A stretch of DNA of 64,000 bases from Halorarum halobium (GCF_032116555.1 NZ_CP134949.1:2232001-2296000); one strand, 5' to 3'. Shown: positions 42,813 through 53,344, numbered from the stretch's first letter. Notes: a model not told the origin generated them from the letters alone. Made by a program: numbers and translations.

Positions 42813-44216
42813 ATGGCCGGGGAATCCGAAACGGGGGGAGAATCGGACACCAACGGGCGGGTGGGAGCCGGGGCGGAACCCTCGCCCGAGCCGGACCCGC
42901 TCGACGCGTTCCGCCAGTTCGTCTCGCTCCCGGGCGACGTGCTCGTCCTCTCGCTCGCCATGTTCGCGTTCAGCCTCGGCTTCCAGATGACGGGGCGGTA
43001 CCTCCCGGAGTACCTCTCGGTGCTGGGGGCGGGCAGCGTCGTCATCGGGCTGTACGGCAGCGTCGGCAACCTGATCTCGGCCGTGTTCCCGTATCCGGGC
43101 GGCGCACTCTCGGACCGGATCGGCTCCCGCTCGGCGCTCACGCTGTTCGGGGTCGCCTCGACGCTCGGGTTCGTGGTCTGGTGGGCCGCGGACCCGCTCC
43201 GAACGGTGACGCTCGGCCCGACGAACCTGGCCGTGATCGTCGTGTTCCTCGGACTGTTCCTCTCGCAGGCGTGGAAGTCGTTCGGCCTGGGCGCGACGTT
43301 CGCGGTCGTGAAGCAGTCGGTGCCCGACGGAAGCCTCGCCTCGGGCTTTGCCGCAACCGAGACGTTCCGCCGGACGGCGTTCCTGCTCGGCCCGCTGCTC
43401 GCCGCGGGCGTCCTCTCGCTGTTCTCGTTCACCGAGGGGTTTCGGATCCTGCTGCTCGTCGCGGCCGCGGCCGGCGGCCTCGCCACGGTCGCCCAGCGCT
43501 CGCTTTATGACGCCTCGAAGGACTCGCTCGGGAAGTCGTTCGAGGGGCTCGACTCCGTCGTCGAGGACCTCCGGTCGCTGCCCGACCCGCTCCGCCCGCT
43601 GCTCGTCGCCGACACGCTGGTCCGCTTCGCCAACGGGATGGTGTACGTGTTCTTCGTCATCGTCGTCGTCGACTTCCTCTCCGTGGGTGCGACGCTGCCG
43701 GTCGTGGGGCGGCTCTCCCCCGAGGCGTTCTTCGGCGTGCTGCTGGCCGTCGAGATGGCGGTCGCCTTGCTCACGATGGTGCCCGTCGCACGGCTGGCCC
43801 GGCGCGTCGGGCTGAAGCCGGTCGTCGCCGTCGGGTTCGCCGTATACGCGGTGTTTCCGGTGCTGCTCATCAGCGCTCCCGGCGAGGCGGTCGCGGCCAC
43901 CGTTCCGGTTCTCGGGACGGTGACCGTCCCGCCGGCGGCCATGCTCGCCATCCTGTTCGCGTTCTCCGGGCTCCGGTTCGCGGGGCTGCCCGCCCACAAG
44001 GCGCTCATCGTCGGCCCCGCCGAGCGGGACGCCGGCGGCCGCGTCACGGGGTCGTACTACCTCGTTCGCAACGCGATCACCATCCCGAGCGCGGCCGCGG
44101 GCGGGCTCATCTACGGGGCCTCGCCGGCGGCGGCGTTCGGGACCGCGACGGTCGTCGGCCTCCTCGGAACCGGCTACTTCCTCCTGCGCGGCGAGGAGTT
44201 CGCGGCGTACGCCTGA
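42813..44216 (+). CDS. MFS transporter
   Basis: About 12 TM helices, GALSDRIGSR motif A. Confidence 0.92.
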   Translation: MAGESETGGESDTNGRVGAGAEPSPEPDPLDAFRQFVSLPGDVLVLSLAMFAFSLGFQMTGRYLPEYLSVLGAGSVVIGLYGSVGNLISAVFPYPGGALSDRIGSRSALTLFGVASTLGFVVWWAADPLRTVTLGPTNLAVIVVFLGLFLSQAWKSFGLGATFAVVKQSVPDGSLASGFAATETFRRTAFLLGPLLAAGVLSLFSFTEGFRILLLVAAAAGGLATVAQRSLYDASKDSLGKSFEGLDSVVEDLRSLPDPLRPLLVADTLVRFANGMVYVFFVIVVVDFLSVGATLPVVGRLSPEAFFGVLLAVEMAVALLTMVPVARLARRVGLKPVVAVGFAVYAVFPVLLISAPGEAVAATVPVLGTVTVPPAAMLAILFAFSGLRFAGLPAHKALIVGPAERDAGGRVTGSYYLVRNAITIPSAAAGGLIYGASPAAAFGTATVVGLLGTGYFLLRGEEFAAYA

Positions 44217-44296
44217 ACGGGGCCGATTCCGTCGGAAGCGGGCCGGGCGGCGACGCCGTGCGATGGTGCTTTGAGCGTCCCCCGCCAACGGCCGCT

Positions 44297-44734
44297 GTGA
44301 CACGAGACGGCTCGGACGCGGGGACCGGTGCCGAGGCGGGGGCCGGGACGGGCGAGCGCGCGACTGGAGCCCCCGGCGTCGATCCGAGCGGGTCGGGCGA
44401 TCCGAGCGGGCCGGGGGATCCGAACGACGTGGGCGACCCGACGGACGACCGCGCCCCCGACCGACCGCCCCGGGCCGCGATGCTGGAGGCGCTGTCGGTC
44501 CGCCGGAACGTGCTCGCGGGGCTCGCGGCCGGCGTCGCGCTCGCGCTCCTCGTCTACCTCGTCCGGACGTTCGAACTCCTCGGGCCGAACCTGGAGACGC
44601 GACAGTACCCGCTGCTCGGCCCGGAGGGCTACTTCCTGCTGCTCGGCTTCGTGCTGGCGAGCGCGACGGCCATCCTCGTCGCCACCGCGCTCACCGTCGT
44701 CTCCGTCGTGCGACTCGCCAGGGAGGAAGTGTAG
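44297..44734 (+). CDS. Hypothetical two-TM membrane protein
   Basis: Low-complexity N-terminus followed by two hydrophobic helices; start codon uncertain. Confidence 0.7.
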   Translation: MTRDGSDAGTGAEAGAGTGERATGAPGVDPSGSGDPSGPGDPNDVGDPTDDRAPDRPPRAAMLEALSVRRNVLAGLAAGVALALLVYLVRTFELLGPNLETRQYPLLGPEGYFLLLGFVLASATAILVATALTVVSVVRLAREEV

Positions 44735-44782
44735 GTTCGGAACCGGACGCACCGGCCGGTACCCGTCCGCGTTCGCACCCGC

Positions 44783-46006
44783 TCAGTCCTCGAACTCGCG
44801 CGGGTCACCGACGAGCCGCGAGAGCCGCTCCGCGCCCGCCCTGGTTCCCTTCGCGAGCACCACGTCGCCGGCTCGGAGCGCCGTCCCGCTCCCGGGCGAG
44901 ACGACCCACTCGCCGTCGCCATCGGCGCCGGCCGGCCGGCGGACGGCGATGACGCGCATCCCCGTCTCCTGTTTCACCGTCCGCTCGCCGAGCGTCGCGT
45001 CGGCGAGTTCCGACCCCGACGCGACCGACAGGCGCACGATGACCTCGTCGGAGGCTTCGACGGCCTCGGCGACGACGGGGTGGGCGTCGAGCCCACGGAG
45101 GACGCCCTCGCTGATCTCCAGGGCCGCGTCGCTGATCACCTCCGTCGCCGACGCGAGGTGGACGAGTCCACGGAGCGAGACGGGGTCCTCGACCCGGGCC
45201 GCCGCGCGGAGCGTCCAGGCCTCGAATCGTGACTTGAGCGCGTCGACCTCCGCCTCCAGTTCCGCGACCTCGCCCGCGACCGCCTCGCTGTTGAACAGCA
45301 CCGAGCCGTACGCCAGGTCGACGGCGAGTTCGCTCATGTTCTTCATCAGCACGACCGAGTCGACGGCGCGCTCGAGGTCCTCGACTCCCGCGGTGGGGGC
45401 GTCCGGTTGAACGTAGGACTCCCCCGTGGCGGCCTCATAGACCGTCCGGAGCCCCTCCTCGCCCCCGCGGAGGAACAGCGTGTCGCCGGGCTCGATGGTG
45501 GTCTCGGCGTCCGGGTTGAGCAGCCACTCCGTGCCGCGCCGCAGGGCGATGACACGGACCCCCGTCTCGGTTTCGACGTTCGCGTCGGCGAGCGTCCGCC
45601 CGGCGTAGGCCGAGTCGTCCGCGAGTTCCGCCCGGACTAGCGTCTCGACCGCCTCGGGCAACGCGGCGCGGATCGCGTCGGGGAGCCCCACCTCCTCCAA
45701 CACGACCTTCGCGATGTCGCCCGCCGCGTCGCTGATCTTCTCGGCCGCGCCGATGACGCCCAGCACGGGCGCGAGTTCCTCGGCGTCCTCCGGCGAGCGC
45801 GCGGCCATCATCACGCTCATCCGGGCCTGTAACTGCAGCTGGTCCATGCGGGACTCCAGTTCGAGCACCTCCCCCGCGAGGTCGGCGCTCCCGTGGAGCA
45901 CCGCGGAGTACGAGAGGTCGATGAGCAGCTCCGCGGTGTCCTTCATCTCCGCGAGCACTGCCTTCACGGAGGTCGGCTCGTACGCGACGCGGTCCTCGGG
46001 GGTCAT
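44783..46006 (-). CDS. PhoU + TrkA-C (RCK_C) tandem-repeat protein
   Basis: Internal duplication MKDTAELLIDLSYS / MKNMSELAVDLAYG and ETGVRVIALRR / ETGMRVIAVRR. Confidence 0.88.
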   Translation of the reverse strand: MTPEDRVAYEPTSVKAVLAEMKDTAELLIDLSYSAVLHGSADLAGEVLELESRMDQLQLQARMSVMMAARSPEDAEELAPVLGVIGAAEKISDAAGDIAKVVLEEVGLPDAIRAALPEAVETLVRAELADDSAYAGRTLADANVETETGVRVIALRRGTEWLLNPDAETTIEPGDTLFLRGGEEGLRTVYEAATGESYVQPDAPTAGVEDLERAVDSVVLMKNMSELAVDLAYGSVLFNSEAVAGEVAELEAEVDALKSRFEAWTLRAAARVEDPVSLRGLVHLASATEVISDAALEISEGVLRGLDAHPVVAEAVEASDEVIVRLSVASGSELADATLGERTVKQETGMRVIAVRRPAGADGDGEWVVSPGSGTALRAGDVVLAKGTRAGAERLSRLVGDPREFED

Positions 46007-46073
46007 CCGTCGTGGGCGGCTTCGACGGGCCGGCGGAAAAGGGTTGCTCGCACGGGACCGTGCGGTTCCCGCC

Positions 46074-46135
46074 CGGCTCAGGCCGCTTCGGTCTCCAGTG
46101 ACGGCTCAGGCCGCTTCGGTCTCCAGTGACGGCTC
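46074..46135. repeat. Perfect 28-bp tandem duplication
   Basis: CGGCTCAGGCCGCTTCGGTCTCCAGTGA x2 followed by CGGCTC. Confidence 0.95.
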
Positions 46136-47269
46136 CGGCGTGGAAGCGCCCTCCGGTGCCGCCCGTTCGAGCAGTTCGATCACGAACTCCGTCCCCGCCG
46201 GACCCGTGCTGTGCAGTTCGAGCCTCCCCCCGTACAGTTCGACGAGGTTCCGCGTCAGGAACAGCCCGTAGCCGTGATCGCCCGACCTCGGCGGTTCGAA
46301 GAGTCGCTCGCGCTCGGTTCGCGGGATTCCACGACCGTCGTCGCTGACGCGAACCGAGACGCGCTCCCCGTCGGCTTCGACCGAGAGCGTGATGGTGACC
46401 CCGGCCTCGTTGTGCTCGACCGCGTTCTCGATCAGGTTGACGAGCACCCGGTCGAGGAGGTCGCCGGCCAGCACGAACGCCGAGTCCGGGGCCTCGAGCA
46501 CGAGTTCCGCCTCCGGATGGGAGCGCCCGATCCAGTCGAGTTCCGTTTCGATGACCGAGACCACGTCGAGCACTTCGAGCTCCGGGTCGTGGTCCGTCGT
46601 ATCCAGGATGTCCCGGATCGAGTCGATGAACAGGGCGATGTCCTCGCTGCTGTGGCGGATGATGTCGAGATAGCCGGCCGTCGCCTCGGTCTGTTCGCCC
46701 CGTTCGGCGAGCAGGCCGGCGTAGCCGTTGATCTTCGCGACCTCGTTCAACACCTCGTGTCTGAGGTAGTTGTTCAGGTGTTCGAGCTGTTCGCGCTCCC
46801 GCTTGCGGCGTCGCGCGACCAGCCGCGATCGGTTCCGCTCGCGTTCGCTCTGTTTCGATCTGACGCCCATGATTCCGATGACCGACCCGGAGGAGGCGCC
46901 GAACCCGGTCGACAGCAGGAGGATCAGCCAGCGCTCGCCGGGGTCGAACGTCGTCTCGATGACGAACAGCGCCGCGTACATCGCCACGACGAACAGCAGC
47001 GCGCTCCCGGCCGTCCAGCCGATCACCGGCGGCCGGAGTTCGGGGTCGGTGTCCGACTCGTGGAGCCACATCGCCGCCGCGAGCAGGACGACCGACGGGA
47101 TCGCGAGCAGGATGACCTCGAGGTAGCCGTCGAGGCTCGAGTCGGCGATCTCGCGTGCGTCCTGAAACACGTAGAAGAAGGACACGTACGCGACGGTGAA
47201 CCCGACCCACAGGAACGCCATGATTCGCGTCGTGGTGAGGCACCGTCCGGTTCCGAGGGGAGGTCCCAT
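46106..47269 (-). CDS. Membrane sensor histidine kinase
   Basis: 4 TM helices, LRHEVLN H-box, NLIENAVEH, DDGRGI, GYGL; start at 47269 or 47221. Confidence 0.92.
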   Translation of the reverse strand: MGPPLGTGRCLTTTRIMAFLWVGFTVAYVSFFYVFQDAREIADSSLDGYLEVILLAIPSVVLLAAAMWLHESDTDPELRPPVIGWTAGSALLFVVAMYAALFVIETTFDPGERWLILLLSTGFGASSGSVIGIMGVRSKQSERERNRSRLVARRRKREREQLEHLNNYLRHEVLNEVAKINGYAGLLAERGEQTEATAGYLDIIRHSSEDIALFIDSIRDILDTTDHDPELEVLDVVSVIETELDWIGRSHPEAELVLEAPDSAFVLAGDLLDRVLVNLIENAVEHNEAGVTITLSVEADGERVSVRVSDDGRGIPRTERERLFEPPRSGDHGYGLFLTRNLVELYGGRLELHSTGPAGTEFVIELLERAAPEGASTPEPSLETEAA

Positions 47270-47386
47270 CGCCTACGCAGTCCGCCAATCGGCATACAGC
47301 GTTTACTATGATGACTCAATACTGCCCACTATTCGGACGGAGGGCTACTAGAAGCAGTTATTCTCGGGTGCCGCCGTTCGCCGGCC

Positions 47387-47977
47387 GTGTCACGAGGAAC
47401 CGGCGGGTCGACCGGGGTCGGCGACGCGATCGGGCGGGACCCACGCTGGGAACGCACGGTCCTCGCTCTCGGACTCCTCAGCGCGCTGCTGTTCGGACTC
47501 GGGCTACAGGTGACCGAGGCGGCCGGCGAGTTCGCGGTCGACGTGGACCTCAAGCCGTTCTTCATCCCGTACCTGCTCGTCGGCCTGGCCAGGTTCGGCA
47601 TCCCGACTCTGTCGGTCGGGCTCGGGGCCGCGCTCGGCGAGGGCGTCCTCGACGTGTTCGAGGGGTACGAACTGGACGACCCGATCGGGTTCATCGGCTA
47701 CGTCGTCGGCTTCGTCGTGTTCGGCTGGTATCTCGACCAGCGAACCGCGGACCCGACGTCGTCCCGGTCGCTCGTCGTCGCGGCCGTCCTCGGCGCGCTC
47801 GCCCAGGCCGTGTTCGAGGGATCGGCGTTCCTCATCTTCGACCCGAGCGCCGGCCCCCTCGCCGCGACGCTCAGCGTCCTGGGGAACACGGTCACCCACG
47901 GAGTCCTGCTGGGCGCGATTCCGCTCGTGCTGCTCCACGACCCGGTTCGGCGGCGGTTCGGCGCGTACGTGCCGTGA
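47387..47977 (+). CDS. Hypothetical membrane protein, possibly ECF S-component-like
   Basis: About 6 hydrophobic helices in 196 aa; GAALGE motif. Confidence 0.7.
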   Translation: MSRGTGGSTGVGDAIGRDPRWERTVLALGLLSALLFGLGLQVTEAAGEFAVDVDLKPFFIPYLLVGLARFGIPTLSVGLGAALGEGVLDVFEGYELDDPIGFIGYVVGFVVFGWYLDQRTADPTSSRSLVVAAVLGALAQAVFEGSAFLIFDPSAGPLAATLSVLGNTVTHGVLLGAIPLVLLHDPVRRRFGAYVP

Positions 47978-48060
47978 CTGGAGGGCCGAGCCGCCGGGGG
48001 ACTGACGGGACCCCCCGCGACCGGTTCATCGCCCGTCCGACTCGTTCACGGAACGGCCGC

Positions 48061-48525
48061 TCACTCCCGAAACAGCCGATAGGAAGTCCGCCCGACCGCG
48101 ACGTCCTTCTGCTCGCCGTCCGGGTCGACGCTCGAGACGACCGTGTCGGTGTAGCCCATCGAGCCGCCCGTCCGGAGCACCTCGGCTTCGACGCGGAGGT
48201 CGTCAGTCGCGGGCCGGAGGTAGGTGACGTTCAGGTCGGTCGTCGCCAGCGACCCGGTCGTCGGGTCGTCGAACGTCGAGCGGAGCGCGAACCCGGACGC
48301 GGTGTCCACGAGCGTCGCCGCGATGCCGCCGTGGATGGAGCCGACGGGCGAGCCGGGGTTCACCAGCTTCTCGTCGTACGGGACGGACATGACGATGCGG
48401 CCGCGATCGAGCTCCTCGACGCGCAGGTTCAGCCACGAGAGGAAGCCGTGGCTCTCGATGAACGACTGGAGCAGTTCGACGTGGTCGGCGTCGAGGTCCG
48501 GGAACAGTTCGTCGTCCTCGCTCAT
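48061..48525 (-). CDS. PaaI-family thioesterase
   Basis: NP...HGGIAATLVD, TDLNVTYLRPA. Confidence 0.92.
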   Translation of the reverse strand: MSEDDELFPDLDADHVELLQSFIESHGFLSWLNLRVEELDRGRIVMSVPYDEKLVNPGSPVGSIHGGIAATLVDTASGFALRSTFDDPTTGSLATTDLNVTYLRPATDDLRVEAEVLRTGGSMGYTDTVVSSVDPDGEQKDVAVGRTSYRLFRE

Positions 48526-48620
48526 GGGAGAAGGGGGCCGCCGCGGTACTTCACCGTTCGGAAGTCGCCGGGCGGTAGCCGCCGCCTCGGGTCAGTACCG
48601 AACCCGCGTCCCCGTCCGAG

Positions 48621-49325
48621 TCAGTCCTCGCCGTCGGCGACGACGCTCTCGCCCGTGTCGTCACGCTCGTCGGTACCGTCGTCCCCGGCGGCGCTCTGTC
48701 GACCCTCGGCGGCGCTCACCGGCCCGCCGTCGCCCTCGCCGAAGCCGGCCGAGAGGACGCGGGTGAGCGCCTCCTCGACCCGCTCGTCCGTCTCGGTGAT
48801 GTCGGCCGACTCCACCTCCAGCACGAACCCGGTGGTGATGTTCGGCGCTGTCGGCATGAACAGCACCTCGCGGTCGTCGCTCGTTCGCTTGCCGGTCTTG
48901 AACGCCGTCATCCGCATCCCCTCCCAGGGCTCGATGCGGACGGGCTTCTGGAGTTCGTCGGTCCCGGTGAGCGCCGTCTCGACCGCGAGCTTCGACGCGT
49001 TGTACAGCACCCGAATCACCGGGAGGCGGTTGATGGCGGCGTCGAGAAATCCCTCCGCGAACCGCCCCGCGGTCGTCCGCATCATGTACCCGGCCGCGAA
49101 CACGACGAGGACGAACACCGTCAGGACGATGACGACCTGCAGGAGGTTGACGACGAACGCGACGAGCCAGTCGGCCATCCCCGGCGGCGGCGACTCCCAG
49201 ACCACCGTCGGGACGAACGGGAGTTCGAGGAGCTGGGTGTAGAGCCAGTTGGCGACGAACAGGATGACGAGCAGCGGGATCACGACCACGAGCCCGCTTG
49301 CGAAGTCCCGCTTCCACGTGGACAT
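48621..49325 (-). CDS. DUF502 family membrane protein
   Basis: FASGLVVVIPL, RLPVIRVLY, FMPTAPNITTGF. Confidence 0.9.
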   Translation of the reverse strand: MSTWKRDFASGLVVVIPLLVILFVANWLYTQLLELPFVPTVVWESPPPGMADWLVAFVVNLLQVVIVLTVFVLVVFAAGYMMRTTAGRFAEGFLDAAINRLPVIRVLYNASKLAVETALTGTDELQKPVRIEPWEGMRMTAFKTGKRTSDDREVLFMPTAPNITTGFVLEVESADITETDERVEEALTRVLSAGFGEGDGGPVSAAEGRQSAAGDDGTDERDDTGESVVADGED

Positions 49326-49436
49326 TGTTGTGCTACTTCACGTTCGGGGACGAGGGGTTATCAGCGCTTCTACACGCGCGAGGCTCGCCCTCGGAGGCGA
49401 ACGAGCCGGACGGACCTCCGGGGGAACTCGGTCCGT

Positions 49437-50276
49437 TCAGACGCCAACGACCGCCCGCAGCGCGAACAACAGGTTCTCCTTGCGCTCGCGCACGCGGCGG
49501 TAGAAGTACGAGAGCCACTTGTCGCCGTAGGGCGCGTACTGCCACACCTCCACGCCCTCGGCGGCGAGTTCGCGCTGGGCGTCCGGGCGCACGCCCATGA
49601 GCATCTGGACCTCGAACCCGGCGCCGTGTTCCGCGTGGAGCTCCTTCGCGTACGAGATCATCGCGGGGTCGTGGCTCCCGACCGCGATGCCGCCCTCCCG
49701 GCGCGAGAACAGCAGTTCCAGCCCCTCGCGGTACGCCTCGTTCACGTCGGCCTTGTCGGTGTACGCGATTTCGGGGTCCTCGTCGTAGGCCCCCTTCACG
49801 AGCCGGAGTTTGCCGGGGACGTCGGCGAGCCGGTCGAGGTCCTCCCGCGTGCGCCGGAGGTTCGCCTGCACGCAGAGGCCGACGCCGCCGTCGTGTTCGC
49901 GCGCCAGCTCCTCGAAGGCGTCGAGCGTCGCGCCCGTCGTGGTTGCGTCCTCCATGTCACACCAGACGAACACGTCGTGCTCCCGGCCCGCCTCGACGAC
50001 CCGGCCGAAGTTCTCGCGGAACACGCCCTCGCCGACGTCGAGGCCGAGTTGTGACGGCTTGACCGAGACGCAGGCGTCGAGGTCGGTGCCGCCGATGTCG
50101 GCGACGAGCGACTCGTAGGTCGCGGCGTCCTCGTCGGCCGGGGCGCGCTCGTGGTAGTGTTCGCCCAGGAGGTTGAGGATGACCTTGACGTCGTCCTCGT
50201 TCTCCCGGCGGGCGTGTTCGAACGCCGCCGCGGGCGTCTCGCCCGCGACGAACCGGCTCGCGATGGGAGGAATCAT
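49437..50276 (-). CDS. Proline dehydrogenase (monofunctional)
   Basis: RFVAGE, LLGE, SVKPSQLG, DME, RLVKGAY, SHD, QMLMG, YFYRRVRER. Confidence 0.94.
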   Translation of the reverse strand: MIPPIASRFVAGETPAAAFEHARRENEDDVKVILNLLGEHYHERAPADEDAATYESLVADIGGTDLDACVSVKPSQLGLDVGEGVFRENFGRVVEAGREHDVFVWCDMEDATTTGATLDAFEELAREHDGGVGLCVQANLRRTREDLDRLADVPGKLRLVKGAYDEDPEIAYTDKADVNEAYREGLELLFSRREGGIAVGSHDPAMISYAKELHAEHGAGFEVQMLMGVRPDAQRELAAEGVEVWQYAPYGDKWLSYFYRRVRERKENLLFALRAVVGV

Positions 50277-50491
50277 CTGGTCGCACGCTTGCCACCCCCC
50301 CGTCTTGAGTGTTGTCGGTTCTGCTCCGCGGTGTCCGGGCGGAGTGGTATCTTTCGCGGTGTTCTCCGGATTTTTGTCGCGTGCGTGTTCTGACCGGTCG
50401 TCGTCGCAGGGGTGACGCTGGTGACGACCGCGGAAGCCCCGCGGCTCTGTCATTCCCGTCCACCGGTTTTCCTATCAAGCGTCGTTCCCCT

Positions 50492-50526
50492 GACTACCGA
50501 ACGTGCACGCCGTGGGCAGTCCACCG
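50492..50526. repeat. GACTACC hairpin module
   Basis: 32/35 identical to the reverse complement of 13276-13310. Confidence 0.85.
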
Positions 50527-50647
50527 TGACGCCGCCCGGCTGACGGTCGACGGGATGTGGCGGGCGCGACCGCGAGCGACCCGTGGGAGCGAGCCGCGCC
50601 CGCCGGGGAGGCGTGGGGAGCCCACGCGACGACCCGACCGTCCCACG

Positions 50648-50690
50648 GGGCGGGACTGAACGGGATCGGATCGGGCGTCCGGGGGCTTTC
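50648..50690. repeat. Short copy C of the palindromic intergenic repeat
   Basis: GGGCGGGACTGAACGGG...CCGGGGGCTTTC; retains both ends of copies A/B with a short inner stem. Confidence 0.75.
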
Positions 50691-50748
50691 AACGTAGTCG
50701 TCAGGCGGGCGATCGAAACGGCAGGAGTACTGGCTCCGTTCAGGACGG

Positions 50749-51378
50749 CTAGCCGAAACTCTCGATCTTCGCGTCGTCCACGTCGGCACCCGCCGCCGCC
50801 AGCGCTTCCGAGGCGTCCTCGACGAACCCGGCGAACCCGTAGACGAACGCGCGCTCGCCCTCTGCTCCCGTCACCGCGTCCGCCACCGGGTCCGCTATGT
50901 CGCCCTCGGTCACGACGACGCTCGCGCCGCGCTCGCGGATGTCGTCCAGGCGGTCGACGTGGGCCGGTCGGTCGTCCCGGTACACGACCGCCGCATCGTT
51001 GCCCGTTTCGAGGGCGGCCTCAGCGATGGCGACCGCCGGGCCGATGCCGGGCCCGCCCGCGAGGACGACCGCGCGGGACTCGCCCTCGTAGTACTCGTCG
51101 CCGAAGGGGCCCGACAGTTCGACCGTGTCACCCGGGTCGAGCGCGGCGAGTTCGGCCGAAAAGTCGCCGCCGTCGAGGCCGACGGTCGTCTCGAACGTGC
51201 CGTCGGCGTCGGGCGAGGAGACGGTGTAGAATCGCGATTCGGGCTCGCCGTCCACCTCCGCCGTCAGGCGGGCGAACTGGCCGGGCTTCGCGTCGAACGC
51301 GGCGGGGGAGTCGAACGCGACCGCGACGGTGTCCGGGCCGACCTCGGTGACCGACCTGACCGTGATCGTAGCGTCCAT
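50749..51378 (-). CDS. FAD-binding oxidoreductase (ferredoxin-NADP reductase-like)
   Basis: PGQF, RFYTVSS, GPFG, AGGPGIGP. Confidence 0.88.
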   Translation of the reverse strand: MDATITVRSVTEVGPDTVAVAFDSPAAFDAKPGQFARLTAEVDGEPESRFYTVSSPDADGTFETTVGLDGGDFSAELAALDPGDTVELSGPFGDEYYEGESRAVVLAGGPGIGPAVAIAEAALETGNDAAVVYRDDRPAHVDRLDDIRERGASVVVTEGDIADPVADAVTGAEGERAFVYGFAGFVEDASEALAAAGADVDDAKIESFG

Positions 51379-51594
51379 GCCCGTCGTTTTGAACGGGGGG
51401 TACGGGAAGGTGTCGTTCCCCCGACGGGCGAGCACGCTCGGCAGCGGCGGACGAACGTCCGGTTTTCGTCCGTCGTTGGGTGGCCGGTTCGACAGATGAC
51501 GGCGAATCCGCCGGATCGCCGGCCGAACGGCAAGCACGTGAAGTCTCCCCCTTTCAGAAGGCTTTTCCTCCGACCACGGGAACCACCGACTAGT

Positions 51595-53343
51595 ATGCCA
51601 GCGGACTTCAACTGGGCCATCGGCGGCGAAGCCGGCGATGGGATCGACTCCACCGGGAAAATCTTCGCGCAAGCGCTCTCCCGCGCGGGTCGACACGTCT
51701 TCACCTCGAAGGACTTCGCCTCCCGAATTCGGGGCGGCTACACCGCCTACAAGGTGCGAACGTCCGTCGACAAGGTGCAGTCGGTCGTCGACAGGCTCGA
51801 CGTGCTCATCGCGCTCACCCCCCGGACCATCGACGAGAACCTCGACGAGCTGCACGACGGCTCGGTGATCATCTACGACGGCGAACGCACCACGATGCAG
51901 GACGTCGAGATTCCGGGCGAGATGATCGGCCTGAACGTCCCGCTGAAGGCGCTGGCCGAGGAAGCCGGCGGCGCGATCATGCGGAACGTCGTCGCGCTGG
52001 GGGCCGCGTGTGCGGTCACCTCCTTTCCCATCGAGAACCTCGACTCCTCGCTGAAGAAGCGCTTCGGCGACAAGGGCCAGGCGATCGTCGAGAACAACAA
52101 GGAGGCCGCCCGGAAGGGGCTCGAGTACGTCCGCGAGGAGTACGACGAGGAGGACCTGGAGTACGACCTCGACACGACCGACAACGACTACGTCCTGTTG
52201 AACGGCGACGAGGCCATCGGGATGGGCGCCATCGCCGCCGGCTGCAAGTTCTACGCCGGCTACCCCATCACACCCGCGACGGACGTGATGACCTACCTGA
52301 CGGGTCGCATCGAGCAGTTCGGCGGGCACGTCGTGCAGGCCGAGGACGAGCTCGCGGCGATCAACCTCGCGCTGGGCGCCGCTCGCTCGGGCGCGCGCTC
52401 GATGACCGCGACCTCCGGCCCCGGCATCGACCTGATGACCGAGACGTTCGGGCTCGTGGCGACCTCCGAGACGCCGCTGGTCATCTGTGACGTGATGCGT
52501 TCGGGCCCCTCGACGGGGATGCCGACCAAGCAGGAGCAGGGCGACCTCAACATGCTGCTGTACGGCGGGCACGGCGAGATTCCCCGCTTCGTCCTCGCGC
52601 CGACGACGGTCGCCGAGTGCTTCTGGAAGACCGTCGAGGCGTTCAACCTCGCCGAGCAGTATCAGACTCCCGTCTATCTCACCTCCGACCTCTCGCTCGC
52701 GGTCACCGAGCAGACGTTCGAGCCGGACGCCTTCGACATGGACGCCGTCGAGATCGACCGCGGCAAGGTCGTCGACGACGACTCCATCGGCGACCACCGG
52801 ACCGAGCAGGGACAGTTCAAACCCCACGAGCTCACCGACGACGGCGTCAGCCCGCGCGCGTTCCCGGGCACCGCCGGCGGCGCGCACATGTCCACCGGCC
52901 TGGAACACGACGAGCTCGGGCGACGGACCGAGGACACGGAGATGCGCGTGAAGCAGGTCGAGAAGCGCGACCGGAAGGTCGAGACCGCGCGGGCCGAGGA
53001 GGACTGGAGCCCGCGGGAGTTCGGCGACCCCGAGGCTGAGAACCTCGTCGTCTCGTGGGGCTCGAACGAGGGCGCGCTCGTCGAGGCGCTCGACCTCCTC
53101 GAGGAGGAGGACGTCGAGGTCCGCGTGCTTTCGGTGCCGTACATCTTCCCCCGACCCGGCCTCTCCGAGGCGTTCGAGTCGGCCGAGGAGGTCGTCGTCG
53201 TCGAGTGTAACGCGACCGGACAGTTCGCGGACGTGCTCGAACACGACACCCTTACCCGCGTGAAACGTGTGAACAAGTACAACGGCGTCCGCTTCAAGGC
53301 GGACGAACTCGCGGCGGACATCAAGGAGACACTGGAGGCCTAA
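51595..53343 (+). CDS. korA: 2-oxoacid (probably 2-oxoglutarate):ferredoxin oxidoreductase alpha subunit
   Basis: GGEAGDGI, SRIRGG, YPITPAT, QAEDE, TSGPG, RSGPSTGMPT. Confidence 0.92.
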   Translation: MPADFNWAIGGEAGDGIDSTGKIFAQALSRAGRHVFTSKDFASRIRGGYTAYKVRTSVDKVQSVVDRLDVLIALTPRTIDENLDELHDGSVIIYDGERTTMQDVEIPGEMIGLNVPLKALAEEAGGAIMRNVVALGAACAVTSFPIENLDSSLKKRFGDKGQAIVENNKEAARKGLEYVREEYDEEDLEYDLDTTDNDYVLLNGDEAIGMGAIAAGCKFYAGYPITPATDVMTYLTGRIEQFGGHVVQAEDELAAINLALGAARSGARSMTATSGPGIDLMTETFGLVATSETPLVICDVMRSGPSTGMPTKQEQGDLNMLLYGGHGEIPRFVLAPTTVAECFWKTVEAFNLAEQYQTPVYLTSDLSLAVTEQTFEPDAFDMDAVEIDRGKVVDDDSIGDHRTEQGQFKPHELTDDGVSPRAFPGTAGGAHMSTGLEHDELGRRTEDTEMRVKQVEKRDRKVETARAEEDWSPREFGDPEAENLVVSWGSNEGALVEALDLLEEEDVEVRVLSVPYIFPRPGLSEAFESAEEVVVVECNATGQFADVLEHDTLTRVKRVNKYNGVRFKADELAADIKETLEA

Positions 53344-53344
53344 C

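Noticed and set aside
44381..44430. 18-bp tandem repeats encoding DPSGSG DPSGPG DPND
   Set aside because: Ordinary low-complexity expansion in a disordered N-terminus
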